A stretch of DNA of 64,000 nucleotides from Planctomycetota bacterium (GCA_965223845.1 CBDCXR010000004.1:7680001-7744000), one strand, 5' to 3'; positions 1 through 10,476 are shown, counted from the first letter of the stretch. The notes: a model not told the origin generated them from the letters alone. Numbers and translations: made by a program.

Positions 1-602
1 AGGAGACGCACCGTGAGAAGGAGCAAGTCGTCGAAGTCGACCGCGTTGAGTTCCCGCAGACGGGACTCGTACGCGTCGAAGAGCTCCGCGAGGAGACGCT
101 CGCGGTAGTCGATACCGCTCAGCTCGTTCACAGCGGGCGTGGAACCGTCGTTCTTGAGCTGGCTGATCGCCGACTGAAGCGGCGCGGGCGACCACATCGC
201 GGCGTCGACCGAGCGCTCCTTGAGGATCGCCTTGAGCAGGCCGCGGCAATCGTCTTGGTCGTAGATGGTGAACGACGAGTCGTACGGGTCGAGTCTTCCG
301 ATGTGACGACGGAGCATGCGCGCGCCGAAGCTGTGAAAGGTCGAAATCCACCGCGTCGCGATGCCCGAGATCGCCTCCGTGCGCTCGCGCATCTCTTGGG
401 CGGCTTTGTTCGTGAACGTGATCGCGAGCACGCTCTCCGGCGAGTATCCGTGCCGGTAGAGCTGTGCGACGCGGTGCGTGATGACGCGCGTCTTACCGCT
501 TCCGGGCCCCGCGACGACGAGGAGCGGGCCTGTCTCGTGAAGGACGGCCTCGCGCTGAGGCGGATTGAGGTCGCGGAGAGATCGGTCGAGGTTCTGGGCC
601 AC
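1..602 (-). CDS. pcrA: ATP-dependent DNA helicase PcrA/UvrD, 5' part (runs off window start)
   Basis: Manual translation of the minus strand from GTG 602: ...LNPPQREAVLHETGPLLVVAGPGSGKTRVITHRVA... then AITFTNKAA, STFHSF and AVDFDDLLL, which are SF1A helicase motifs. Not in the ORF track. Confidence 0.93.
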   Translation of the reverse strand, partial: MAQNLDRSLRDLNPPQREAVLHETGPLLVVAGPGSGKTRVITHRVAQLYRHGYSPESVLAITFTNKAAQEMRERTEAISGIATRWISTFHSFGARMLRRHIGRLDPYDSSFTIYDQDDCRGLLKAILKERSVDAAMWSPAPLQSAISQLKNDGSTPAVNELSGIDYRERLLAELFDAYESRLRELNAVDFDDLLLLTVRL

Positions 603-911
603 GCTTTAGCTGTCCGTTGAGCGCTTCGAATCTAGAGCCGGCGCGTCCGCTTGCAGAATCACCGCCGCCCGCGCCGGAGACCGCGACGGTCCTCGAGGAC
701 TCACGCGGCCGAGACGGACGAGAGCGTGTCGACCTCTCGACCGACCCAGTTTCGGGCGGGCAGCTAGGCTACCCTCGGGCGCGCCAGAATCCACCGCCTG
801 CGAGTCGCGGCGATGGCCCGGAGGGGGCCGCTCCGCCTCGCGTCGTTCGGTCGCGAAGGGGCTTATCGTAAGATGTTGTGATTGCTTAGGTTGGGTCGGT
901 CTCGGCCGGCG

Positions 912-940
912 TTGAATCGCGCTGAACTTTATGATAACTT
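912..940 (+). promoter_or_regulatory. Putative sigma70 promoter TTGAAT-N17-TAACTT
   Basis: Consensus-like hexamers with 17-nt spacing about 80 nt upstream of the CDS at 1018. Confidence 0.45.
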
Positions 941-1017
941 ACCCGGCTTCGCGCTGTTCGCGCAGATCTTCCCGTGCGGGTCCGAGACCCGCGTTCGCAC
1001 CGGTGTGGAGTTGAGTC

Positions 1018-2373
1018 TTGGACGAGAATACGAGCGCCGTGGTTTCGTTTTCTGATCGACTGGCTGAGGTAGGCGGTGAGGAGCTCTCGCCCGACAGCTT
1101 CCGCTCGCTCGCCGCGACGGCTTTCGATTCGATGAAGTCCTACGATGAGTTGCGGACCTTCCTCGAGGATTGGAGCCCGGCGGAAAAGTCGATCGGGGCG
1201 AAGACGGTCTCGGAAGTGATTCGCGGGTACTGCTCTCTTCTCGTCGGCGACCTCGACGGCGCCGTCGAGACACTCTCGAAGCAGAAGGCGCAGCTCTGGG
1301 GAAGCTACCATCTGGCTCGATCCCACCTCGAGTCGCGCCGACTCGATGACGCACTCGCCGTCGCCGAACCGGCGTACAAGAAGGCGTCCGACTCGACGCG
1401 TCTCGGATGCCTCGTCGCGGAGATCCAAGCTCGCCGCGGTGATCTCGACGCGGCGGAGAAGTGCCTCGCGGCCGTCGAAAAGAGCGCGCCGGATGCGGCC
1501 GAGACTCTCGTTGCTCGCGCGGTCGTTCTCGAAAAGACGGGCGACTACGCCGGCGCGATCGATGCCTATCGCGCCGCGTCGGAGAAGGACCCCGGCGATC
1601 CCGAGATTCTCTTTCGGCTCGGGTATCTTCTCGAGCTCCACGGGAGCGACGCGGACGAGGCGAACGACGAAGCGCTCTCCGTGTACGAACGTTGCGTCAA
1701 CCTCGGGCCCGTGCACGTCAACGCTGCGATCAATCTGGGTCTGCTCTACGAAGACCGCGAACGCTACCACGACGCGATTCGCTGCTACGAGACCGTGCTC
1801 CGGTATCACCCGAATCATGCGCGCGCGCGCCTCTACCTTCAGGATGCGCACGCATCGACGACGATGTTCTATGATCGCGAGCAGGAGAAGAAGGCCGATC
1901 GGCAGTCTCAGGTGCTCAAGATCCCGGTGACCGATTTCGAGCTGTCGGTGCGCAGCCGGAACTGTCTCCAGAAGATGAATATCAAAACGCTCGGCGATCT
2001 CATCATGAAGACCGAGCAGGAGCTTCTCTCGTACAAGAACTTCGGCGAGACCTCGCTCGAAGAGATCAAGCAGATGCTCAACCAGAAGGGTCTCCGGCTC
2101 GGCCAGGGACTCGAAGACGGTTCGTCCGACGCGTCACACGGACGCAATCCGCTCGAGGCCTCGGCGGCGCCCGAGATTCTCGACAAGTCAATCGACGACC
2201 TCGAGTTATCTGTACGAAGCCGGCGCTGCATGGAGCGTCTCGGTGTGCGAACGCTGCGCGATCTCATCAACAAGACCGAGATGGAGCTCATGGCGGCGAA
2301 GAACTTCGGAATGACCTCGCTCAACGAGATCAAGCGCAAGCTCGCCGAGCTCAATCTCGCGCTCCGCACCTAG
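1018..2373 (+). CDS. TPR protein with two tandem RNA polymerase alpha-subunit C-terminal domains
   Basis: TPR-like helical repeats followed by two alpha-CTD motifs (FELSVRSRNCL...KNFGETSLEEIK and LELSVRSRRCM...KNFGMTSLNEIK); no alpha N-terminal domain. Confidence 0.88.
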   Translation: MDENTSAVVSFSDRLAEVGGEELSPDSFRSLAATAFDSMKSYDELRTFLEDWSPAEKSIGAKTVSEVIRGYCSLLVGDLDGAVETLSKQKAQLWGSYHLARSHLESRRLDDALAVAEPAYKKASDSTRLGCLVAEIQARRGDLDAAEKCLAAVEKSAPDAAETLVARAVVLEKTGDYAGAIDAYRAASEKDPGDPEILFRLGYLLELHGSDADEANDEALSVYERCVNLGPVHVNAAINLGLLYEDRERYHDAIRCYETVLRYHPNHARARLYLQDAHASTTMFYDREQEKKADRQSQVLKIPVTDFELSVRSRNCLQKMNIKTLGDLIMKTEQELLSYKNFGETSLEEIKQMLNQKGLRLGQGLEDGSSDASHGRNPLEASAAPEILDKSIDDLELSVRSRRCMERLGVRTLRDLINKTEMELMAAKNFGMTSLNEIKRKLAELNLALRT

Positions 2374-2520
2374 CGGAGCCGCCTCGCAGCACATCGAGTG
2401 AATCGGTGCCGCGCGCCGAGCGCCGCGTCGAGAGCTAACGATCGTCGTCGGGCGTTGAGCCCATCGTCGAGCGGATTGCGTTCTACGGTGGCGTGGCGAT
2501 GGGACGAAGCGGAGGGGAGC

Positions 2521-3150
2521 ATGTTCGATCGATTTCGCGGCGCGGTCGCCGAGCTCTCGCCGACGAGAGTGGTCTTCGAGGTCGGCGGCGTAGGCTACGA
2601 CCTCTCGATCCCGCTTTCGACCTTCGACACGCTCAAGCGGGTCGGTGACGGCGAGTCGGTCGTCGTTTTCGTCCACCTGCATGTCCGAGAGGACGACCTG
2701 CGACTCTTCGGCTTCGCGTCGAAGGAGGAGCGACGTCTCTTCCGCATGGTGCTCGCCGTGTCGGGGGTGGGGCCCGGGATCGCTCTCGCCGCGCTGTCGA
2801 CGTTCGCGCCCGCGGAGCTCCTCGGGACGCTCGCCGCTGCGGACAGCAAGGCGCTTCAGCGCGTCAAGGGAATCGGTCGCAAGGTGGCCGAGCGCCTCGT
2901 CGTCGAGCTGAAGGATCGAGCCGCCGCTCTCGTCGGGAGCCTCGAGCCGGTCGCGCCATCCGGCGCGAGTTCCAGCGTCGCATCCGGCTTCGACCCGCGC
3001 GACGTCGACGACGCCGTGCGCGCACTCGTCGAAATCGGCTATCCCTCGAAGTCAGCGCTTCACCTTGTCGAGACATCGCTCGCTGGATTCGCCGCGCGGG
3101 GCGAGCGAGCTTCCCTCGAGGACGTCATCAAGGAGTGCCTCCGGCAGTGA
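2521..3150 (+). CDS. ruvA: Holliday junction branch migration protein RuvA
   Basis: VGGVGYDL, HLHVRED, LFGF, VSGVGPGIAL and KGIGRKVAERLVVELKD HhH motifs; ATG 2521 follows GAGGGGAG. Confidence 0.95.
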   Translation: MFDRFRGAVAELSPTRVVFEVGGVGYDLSIPLSTFDTLKRVGDGESVVVFVHLHVREDDLRLFGFASKEERRLFRMVLAVSGVGPGIALAALSTFAPAELLGTLAAADSKALQRVKGIGRKVAERLVVELKDRAAALVGSLEPVAPSGASSSVASGFDPRDVDDAVRALVEIGYPSKSALHLVETSLAGFAARGERASLEDVIKECLRQ

Positions 3151-3375
3151 CGCGGGCTTCGCGGTCCGGCGTCGGCACTCGAGTTGCCTCGATTCTCGGA
3201 TGAAACGCGGTCCGTGAACGAAGGCGCGGGTGATCGGCCCGTAGGACCACCGTCCCCGCTCGGAGACCGCCGGCGTTCGAGTACCGTTCGTACCAAGTTT
3301 GGGCGGTCGAGCCGAACGCGCGTTAAGTCTTTGTGAAATCTTGGCTTGAGTCGTCGGCGAAGGCGCTTCCGCTCG

Positions 3376-3404
3376 TTGACCTTGACTATCGGACGCTGTA
3401 TACT
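3376..3404 (+). promoter_or_regulatory. Putative sigma70 promoter TTGACC-N17-TATACT
   Basis: Near-consensus -35/-10 in an AT-richer intergenic patch. Confidence 0.65.
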
Positions 3405-3588
3405 GAAGTGGTGAAAGAGAAGTTCTGTGCTCCCCGATTGCCCTAAGTCCTTCTGCCTTTGGGACTTGTCAGTCGGGCCCACGGAGGGGGGAAGTGGACG
3501 GTCGCCCCGGCGGCCGTGCTTGCAGAGGACGTCACCGACACTGAGGCGCGAACTACCGCTAACGCCGAGACTCTAGACCGGAGGCCCC

Positions 3589-4881
3589 GTGAATCACCGA
3601 CGCCGCATCCGCGGAAGCCGATGTTCGATCGTGGTCTGCCTCCTCGTCTTGACGGGATTCGGGTCGTGGCGGGCGAACGCGCAGGAAGTGCGGCGGCTTT
3701 CTCCTCCCTCACCGACTTCGGCGAGCTCGACGCTCATTTCGGCGTCGGTCACGGCTGCAGTCACGACGGCTGCGACCACAAAGGTCGAGGTGCCGGCGAG
3801 CTCGGTGCCTTCGGCGCTCGATATCGCACGAATCGAGCGTCCGACGTCCGGGGCCCGAGCCGAGGGGCCGCGTTTCGGCTCGAACGACTCGACGCAGCTT
3901 CTCGCAGCCGGTTTCGGGCACGACGGTTCTGTCCGGTCGAATCGTGCAGCGCTTCGCGGGGCTGACCCGGTGGCGCGACCGACCGACGTCGATTGGTTCG
4001 GTTCCGCCGATGTCGGAGACTCGCTCGAGGCGATTCGGCGTCGGGCCGCAAGTCAGCGGCGTTCACTCGGCCGAGGGGCGACGTCCCTCGACGTGTGGGC
4101 GAGTCCGGTCGACGATCTCCGTGCCCGGGCCAACCCGGAGCTGCCGCACTGGCTCTTCGCCGGCCACATCGACGGCGGCGAAGAGCCGCCCGATTTCGCC
4201 GGTACGCGAAGCCTTCCGCTCTTCTATGTCGAGCCGCCACGCGAGACGAAGTTGAAGCGCAAGGTCCGAAAGCTCGTGCGGCGAAAGATCTATCGCGAGT
4301 TTCGTCGTCAAGTCAAGAAGGAGTGGAAGCGTCTCTTCCGAGACTCTTCCACGATGACCTTCGCGACGTACGAGCGCACGCTCACGGAAATCAATCACAT
4401 CGGGAAGAGCGCGTCGGAGTACGACGTGTTCAACGATGACCTCCGGACGCGAGAGACGCAGGACGAGGTGTTCCGGCGCGAGGACCGCGGCGGTGAGGCC
4501 GAGATTCCGATCGTCACCTGGGGCCCGCTCACGATCACCGACGGCGGTGACTTTATCTTCGATGTCGGAACCGCCGCGAGCGAGGGGGAGTTGGCGCTCG
4601 ACGACGAGCTCGAGGTCGGTGGCGAAGAAGCGCGGAAGCCTCTCCTCTCTGCGAACGGATTCGATATCCAGACGGGGCTTCAGCTCCGGTTCGATCCGCG
4701 CGATCATTCGGGCTCGGGCAACTACGTGCCGCTCGTCTCGTCCTACGGCTTCAGCGTCGAGGTCGATTGGCTGAGCGACGTGCTCGAGCGCGAGATGGTG
4801 ACGACGGAGTTCAGCGTCGAGGTCGATCGCCGCGGCGAAGTGGCTGGGTTCTTCAACTTCGTCATTCGCGCGCGGAAGTAG
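3589..4881 (+). CDS. Hypothetical exported protein
   Basis: 430-aa ORF with a hydrophobic N-terminal stretch ending ANA, a low-complexity linker, a basic helix and a beta-strand-rich C-terminus. Start uncertain. Confidence 0.65.
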   Translation: MNHRRRIRGSRCSIVVCLLVLTGFGSWRANAQEVRRLSPPSPTSASSTLISASVTAAVTTAATTKVEVPASSVPSALDIARIERPTSGARAEGPRFGSNDSTQLLAAGFGHDGSVRSNRAALRGADPVARPTDVDWFGSADVGDSLEAIRRRAASQRRSLGRGATSLDVWASPVDDLRARANPELPHWLFAGHIDGGEEPPDFAGTRSLPLFYVEPPRETKLKRKVRKLVRRKIYREFRRQVKKEWKRLFRDSSTMTFATYERTLTEINHIGKSASEYDVFNDDLRTRETQDEVFRREDRGGEAEIPIVTWGPLTITDGGDFIFDVGTAASEGELALDDELEVGGEEARKPLLSANGFDIQTGLQLRFDPRDHSGSGNYVPLVSSYGFSVEVDWLSDVLEREMVTTEFSVEVDRRGEVAGFFNFVIRARK

Positions 4882-5561
4882 GCAGACGCGCGACAAGCGC
4901 GCTTGCTTCCCCTTGCTAGGTGGCTTTCGCGAAGCCCGCTCGCCTGCGCGGCGGCGTTACGCGAGCTTCACCCCAGGGCGGGAGCTCATTCCGGGTCGCG
5001 GGGGCGCGCGCTTGATGTTCTGCGCTTCCGAGCGCGGATTCGGCTCTCGGTCGTGCAACGTTCTTTTGGGGCCTTCGCGAAGCCCCTTCGCCTGCTCGGC
5101 GTCGCCGCGCAGGTTTCAACCCCGACGAGGTGCGACATCCGGGTCGCGGGGATGCGCGCCTTGGTGTGCTCCGAACGCGGGGCGAGAGGTTCGAGTTTGC
5201 GGCTCGACGCGCGCGTCCCTCGCTGAGGGCTCGATTCTCGGCGGCTCGACGTTCGTCGCCGGGGCGTCCTTCTCGCGGAGCCTTCGCGAAGGCTTCGTGC
5301 CATCGAGGGCCGTCGCGCGGGAAAGCGCGCGTCTCGCGTCTCGCCGTCCGAGTCCTCGCGCGCACCGATTCCCGGGGTCGACGGGCCCCCGGACCCCGCC
5401 CTTGCAGCCCACCCGAACTACCGGTAATGTGTACTCCCGGAGGGAAGTGATGATCGCGATGGGAACCCCGAGCTCGAACCGTCCGCGCTCGAATGTCCCT
5501 GTCAACGGCGGCTGCCCGAATCGCGGGGAGGAGAGCGCGTCGGGCCCCGAGGGGAGCGACC

Positions 5562-7016
5562 ATGATCAACAGATTGTCCGACGAGTGGAAGCGGGTCGAG
5601 TCGAGGGTCGCAGACGAAGCGAGTGAAGGGTCGACGGAGCCGGACGTGCAGGACGTCAGCGAGATTCTCCAGCAGATAGGGGGAGTGCGGGAAGTCCTGA
5701 AGAAAATGTGTCAGGTCTCCGTCACGCGTACGACCGTGCGGAAGGCCGTACGCGACGCATTGATTCCCGTCCTGAAGGAGCACAAGGCCGAGCTCTTTCC
5801 GGAGCTCGCGGAGATCGAGGCGCTGCGGAAGCACCTCGGCCGCCGCTCGGGCGGCGGATTCCGTCTCTTCGGTGCGGATGCGAAGGTCACGGACGAGTTG
5901 CGCGAGCGAATCGACGCGTTCGAAGCGCGCGTTCGCGAGATCGCCGATCTCGGCTCGTCGGTCGAAACTACGGTCGAGCAGCTCGGCGGACGCATCGGCG
6001 ACGTGGACGGCCACATTCAGGAGCTCCGTGGTCGCCTGCAGGACTCCGAGGGGCGCGCGAACGTCACCGGGAGTCGCCTCGAGGCGATCCAGGGGCGCGT
6101 CGAGTCGGTCGAGGATGGGGTAGCGAAAACGCGGGGTGATCTCGACGCGAAGGTCGGGGAAGCCACGACGCAGTGGGCGGCGCGACTCGAAGAGTTGAGC
6201 GACCGCGTCGACTCCGACGCGCGACTCGGCGACGAGTTCCGTTCGGCGGCGGGCGAGAGACTCGATTCGATCGAAGACCGGCTCGAACGCAGCGACGAGC
6301 GACACGACCGAACCGACGAGCGGCTCGGGCAGATCAACGGCCGCATCGGCCAAGTCGAAGGACATGTGAGCCGCGTGGAGTTGCGCCTCGAAGAGATCGA
6401 GACCGCACTCCGGAAGGAGATCGACGACATGACGCAGGGCCTCATGGAGAAGTTCGCACTCGTCCGAGACATCCTCGCGCGCGTCGAGAGCGATATGCCG
6501 CACAAGGACGCCGTCTCGACCGCGAACGAGCGTCTCCAGGGACTTCAAGAGCGCGTCGAGACGATGGCCGAGCGCGTCGAGAACATCGATTCCGTGACGC
6601 CGCAGGTGCGCGGTCTCGGAACGCAGTTCGACGACTTGCGTTCGCGCATCGGGACGCTCTCCACTCAGGTCGATCGCAATGGCGACAACCTCGGCGAGCT
6701 CGAAGGCGAGTTCCGCGCTCGTCTCGAGCAGTTGACGTCGCTCCTCTCGGCGGGGATCGATCGCTGGGAGTCGGATCAATCCTTCGCGCTCGAACGTCTC
6801 ACGGTGATGCGCGACACGCTCCGTGACCAGCTGCATAGGGTCGGTGAGCAAGTCGATGATGCGCAGACGAGCCTGCTCGGTCGACTCGTGAAGCGCGACG
6901 CCGGTGTCAAGATGTCGCGTGGCGAGTGGGAGACGATGGCTGGAAAGCTCGAAGGCATCGTCGCGGGACTCGAAGGTGTTCTCGCGAAGCGCCGCGAGGT
7001 CGCCTCCGAGGACTGA
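5562..7016 (+). CDS. Long coiled-coil protein, function unknown
   Basis: ATG after GAGGGGAG; heptad pattern over most of the length (e.g. LGQINGRIGQVEGHVSRVELRLEEIE); no catalytic motif. Confidence 0.8.
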   Translation: MINRLSDEWKRVESRVADEASEGSTEPDVQDVSEILQQIGGVREVLKKMCQVSVTRTTVRKAVRDALIPVLKEHKAELFPELAEIEALRKHLGRRSGGGFRLFGADAKVTDELRERIDAFEARVREIADLGSSVETTVEQLGGRIGDVDGHIQELRGRLQDSEGRANVTGSRLEAIQGRVESVEDGVAKTRGDLDAKVGEATTQWAARLEELSDRVDSDARLGDEFRSAAGERLDSIEDRLERSDERHDRTDERLGQINGRIGQVEGHVSRVELRLEEIETALRKEIDDMTQGLMEKFALVRDILARVESDMPHKDAVSTANERLQGLQERVETMAERVENIDSVTPQVRGLGTQFDDLRSRIGTLSTQVDRNGDNLGELEGEFRARLEQLTSLLSAGIDRWESDQSFALERLTVMRDTLRDQLHRVGEQVDDAQTSLLGRLVKRDAGVKMSRGEWETMAGKLEGIVAGLEGVLAKRREVASED

Positions 7017-7150
7017 TTCGCTCGGGCGAACGTCACTCGGCGAACCGACGCCGCTCGTTCGTTGGATTCTTCCGCCGTGCGAGGATCGCGGCCGCGCGTG
7101 TAGAGCATTGCGGGCGACCAGGCGGCGTGCTATACATCGCGCCCTTCTCT

Positions 7151-7228
7151 GGTGGGTGTAGCTCAGCTGGCTAGAGCGCCAGGTTGTGGTCCTGGAGGCC
7201 GGGGGTTCGAGTCCCCTCACCCACCCCA
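7151..7228 (+). tRNA. tRNA-His (GUG)
   Basis: G-1, acceptor stem GTGGGTG/CACCCAC, anticodon arm CCAGG-ttGTGgt-CCTGG, T-loop GTTCGAGTC, C discriminator and encoded CCA. Confidence 0.97.
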
Positions 7229-7536
7229 CGCATTCCCTCCGAACCGCATGTCCTCGGCGTGCGAGTTCCTCGACGCCCGCGGGTGTACGCCCGCCGGAGC
7301 GTCCCTCCTCGCGAGTTCCGCGCCGGAGTTCGCTGCGCGTCCCCGAGCACGACGTCCAGCCGCCGGACGAACGAACGGATTCCGGAATCCGTGCGCTCCC
7401 TCCGGCGGTGGCCGGCCCCGCCATCGTCCCGTATTCTTCTCCGGGTCGCCCGCGCCTTCGACCGGGAAGGAGCTGGCGGCTGCCCGTGGTGGACTAGCGA
7501 ACGAGGACGAAGGCCGGTCGCCGGGACAAGCGACGC

Positions 7537-8949
7537 ATGAGCGCGCAGCGAGATCATCGATCGTCGAGTCGCCCGAGCGGGCGATCTCCGAGCGAGCCGC
7601 GACTCGAGGGTAGAGTCGGACAGTGCGTCGTCGAACGCATGCTCGGCGAGGGAGGAATGGGGCGCGTGTATCTCGCGCGTCACGAAACGCTCGGGAAGCG
7701 CGTCGCGGTGAAGGTTCTCCGTTCGAATCTTCCCACCGACGTCAACGCCGTCGAACGGTTCATCCGCGAGGCGCGCGCGACCGCGAGTCTCGATCACCCG
7801 ACGATCGTCGACATCTACGACGCGGGAAAGCACGAAGACACGTACTACATCGTCATGCAGTACGTCGACGGAGAGAGTCTCTCGGCGCGGCTCAAGCGTG
7901 AAGGACGTCTGCCTCTCGAGGAATCGCTCCGAATCTTCCGCACGATCGCGCAGGGCATTGGACACGCCCACTCGAAGGGGATCATCCACCGCGACATCAA
8001 GCCGGACAACATCCTCCTCGGTCGCGACGGCAGCGTGAAGCTCGTCGACTTCGGCCTCGCACGAGTCGTCGAGGGCGATTCGAATATCTCCCAGACCGGG
8101 ACGATCGTCGGATCGCCGACCTTCATGTCGCCCGAGCAGGCGCTCGGAAAGAAGCTCGATCAACGGACCGACATCTATTCCCTCGGAGCGACTCTCTACC
8201 AGATGCTCACGGGGGAAACGCCGTTTTGCGCGAGTGGGACGATCGAGGTGGTGTGGAAAATCGTGAAGGAGCCACCGCGTCCCGCTCACGAGGTGTGTCC
8301 GGACGTGTCCCTCCGGCTCTCGCGCTACGTGCACGAGCTGATGCGCAAGGATCCGCGAAAACGCATCGAGTCGATCCCGGCGGCACTCGCCGGCCTCGAC
8401 GACGCTTCGGACGCCGCGCCGGAGTGGGGCCCGAGGTCGCGTTGGGCCGCTCTCGGCGTCGCGGCCGCGGTTCTCATATCGGGCCTCGTCGGGATTTTCG
8501 GGGCGCTGACGTCGAGATCGTCGGCCGAGGCGAGCTCTCCGGCGGCGGTGGAATCGAACATCGCCGCTTCCGTCGCCGACTCGCGGTTTGCGCTCCTCGC
8601 GCGTCTCGCAACGGACGACGAGTACGGGGTGGAGGATCTCGCTGAGCTCCCCGCGCCAACGCGGCGCGCGTTGCTCGAGCGCGTGCGCGCGTTTCATCGC
8701 GCCGCTGCCGCCGGCGAACGGCTGCGGGAGTTCGTCGACACGGGGCTCATCAGCTCGGCACAGCCGCTCCGCAGTTTCGGTGCGAAGCTCGCCCGATCGA
8801 ATGCCCGCGTCCTCGAGGCGCGCTGGCTCGAGGAGGGACGTTCGGCCGTCGTCGAGGTCGCCCTCGACGGGCGCACGTTCATCGAGCCGTGGATTCTCGC
8901 GTCCGGAAGCTGGAAGTTCGACGTCCGCGCGTGGAGCGAGGCGAACTGA
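7537..8949 (+). CDS. Membrane-anchored Hanks-type Ser/Thr protein kinase
   Basis: LGEGGMGRVY, VAVK, HRDIKPDN, DFG, MSPEQ; one TM segment (WAALGVAAAVLISGLVGIFGAL) and a C-terminal extracytoplasmic part. Confidence 0.95.
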   Translation: MSAQRDHRSSSRPSGRSPSEPRLEGRVGQCVVERMLGEGGMGRVYLARHETLGKRVAVKVLRSNLPTDVNAVERFIREARATASLDHPTIVDIYDAGKHEDTYYIVMQYVDGESLSARLKREGRLPLEESLRIFRTIAQGIGHAHSKGIIHRDIKPDNILLGRDGSVKLVDFGLARVVEGDSNISQTGTIVGSPTFMSPEQALGKKLDQRTDIYSLGATLYQMLTGETPFCASGTIEVVWKIVKEPPRPAHEVCPDVSLRLSRYVHELMRKDPRKRIESIPAALAGLDDASDAAPEWGPRSRWAALGVAAAVLISGLVGIFGALTSRSSAEASSPAAVESNIAASVADSRFALLARLATDDEYGVEDLAELPAPTRRALLERVRAFHRAAAAGERLREFVDTGLISSAQPLRSFGAKLARSNARVLEARWLEEGRSAVVEVALDGRTFIEPWILASGSWKFDVRAWSEAN

Positions 8950-8973
8950 CCCGGTCGATTCAGCGGCCGCAGC

Positions 8974-10191
8974 TTACGCCGCCGGATCGTTCGCGCAGGA
9001 CGCCGTCGACTCGTCGCAACTGATCGTCGATGTCGCTCCGGGTTGCTCGGTGAACGAGCCGCAGTTCGGATACGGCGGGGGAATGTCGGCGCCGTCCGAA
9101 AAGAGGAACAGGAGGAGAAAGATGGCGTCGGTCACTCTCCCGATCACGCGGCCGTTGCCATCGGCGTCGCAGGCGGCGAGGCAGTCGGGCTTTCGCCCGC
9201 CGAGGAAGTTGTAGTGGAGAAGAAAAACGGCGTCGCCGAGATCGGGCTGGCCGTCGCCGTTGCAGTCGCCGCGAATGAACCTGCGGGCGCCGGCCGACCG
9301 CGCATCGACGTGCACTTCGACGTCATTGCTCGTCGCGCCGGGAAAGACGGCGGAGCGCGAGGGGAATCCCGAGTGGTTCACCTCGATGAGGAGAAAGCTG
9401 CCGTCGGGGAACCCGTGGCGAGCGGCTTCCGCCGCGTCGGGCACGAGATCGAGCGCCAAGTCCTCGAGCTTCGTCGTCGATTCCCAGCTCGCGTCCTCAA
9501 ACGCCATGAGGACCGTATCGCCATCGTTCGAAATCACCGAGCCATCGAGGGAGCCCGGAAGGTTGTACACGAGACCGTCGGCGATCAGCACGCTCGTGCC
9601 GGTGCGGTCCGCGTATTCGTACTTTGCGAACGGGCCCGACTCGGCCGCCCAGTTCTCGATTTGTCCGGCTTGAGCCGTCGCCAGTCGCAGGACGCAAGGC
9701 GCGCCGCGCCGGGCACTCGACCCGACGGTGATCAGGCCTTCGAGAGCGATCTCGAAGGACGAGCCCGACGCGAGATCGTGGAGGCCCGGGGGGAGGTAGA
9801 CCGCCCCGCCTAGCTTGATCCGGAAGTTACCGGGCTCGACGCGGGTCGGATTCCCGCGGACCTTCGCTTGCCCGACGCCGCGGTCGGCACAGGGGTCGGT
9901 CGAGGCGGCGGCGCACGTCGTCGGCTCCACGGTCACGAAATCGGATGACAAGGCGAGCTCGAGACGCGCGTCGAAGAACCCTTCGGCCTTGAGAAACATC
10001 CTTCCGAGGGACGCGCCGATACCGTTCGGGATGCCGTTACCGACGACGGCGTCGCCCGTCTCGGTCAGGACGCGATCCTGAGCGACCGAAAAACCGCCGC
10101 CGAGAAGTACGACGACGAGCGCGAGCGCACGCGAGCCACTCGCGATGTGCACACTCTTCCCCCTGCCCCGTCGAATCGACGAGTGGCGCAT
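8974..10191 (-). CDS. Secreted protein with C-terminal dockerin-like module
   Basis: Signal-peptide-like N-terminus; FIRGDCNGDGQPDLGDAVFLL...ACDADGNG...TDAIFLL duplicated Ca-binding-loop pattern. Confidence 0.75.
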   Translation of the reverse strand: MRHSSIRRGRGKSVHIASGSRALALVVVLLGGGFSVAQDRVLTETGDAVVGNGIPNGIGASLGRMFLKAEGFFDARLELALSSDFVTVEPTTCAAASTDPCADRGVGQAKVRGNPTRVEPGNFRIKLGGAVYLPPGLHDLASGSSFEIALEGLITVGSSARRGAPCVLRLATAQAGQIENWAAESGPFAKYEYADRTGTSVLIADGLVYNLPGSLDGSVISNDGDTVLMAFEDASWESTTKLEDLALDLVPDAAEAARHGFPDGSFLLIEVNHSGFPSRSAVFPGATSNDVEVHVDARSAGARRFIRGDCNGDGQPDLGDAVFLLHYNFLGGRKPDCLAACDADGNGRVIGRVTDAIFLLLFLFSDGADIPPPYPNCGSFTEQPGATSTISCDESTASCANDPAA

Positions 10192-10476
10192 GGACCGAAA
10201 ACCCTCTCTCCCCGGAAACCCTCTCTCTACTTCACTCCGCTCTCGTTCTTCACGGCGGAACGCCGTCCACCGGACCTTCCTCGGGAAGAACTCGAACTCG
10301 TGAAGCCCAGACTGGCGTCAATTCTAACCCGCGGTTCGACGCCGTTTCCACCGCGTGACGCAGCGTCCGAGCTCGCGCGTCGATCGCGTACGCGCGTCGG
10401 TCGCGTACGGGAGACGTCCGACCCGCGCCCGAGCGCTAACGGCGAACGAACCGCGCCTCCGGAGTCGCCCCGCGAT

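Noticed and set aside
1018-2373. Calling this gene rpoA
   Set aside because: No alpha N-terminal dimerisation domain and not in a ribosomal operon.
3509-3524. sigma54-like GG...TTGCA upstream of 3589
   Set aside because: GG-to-GC spacing is 11, not 10, and a good sigma70 promoter lies upstream.
7151-7536. tRNA-His as an integration site for an island
   Set aside because: No integrase, no duplicated tRNA 3' end noticed and no visible compositional shift.
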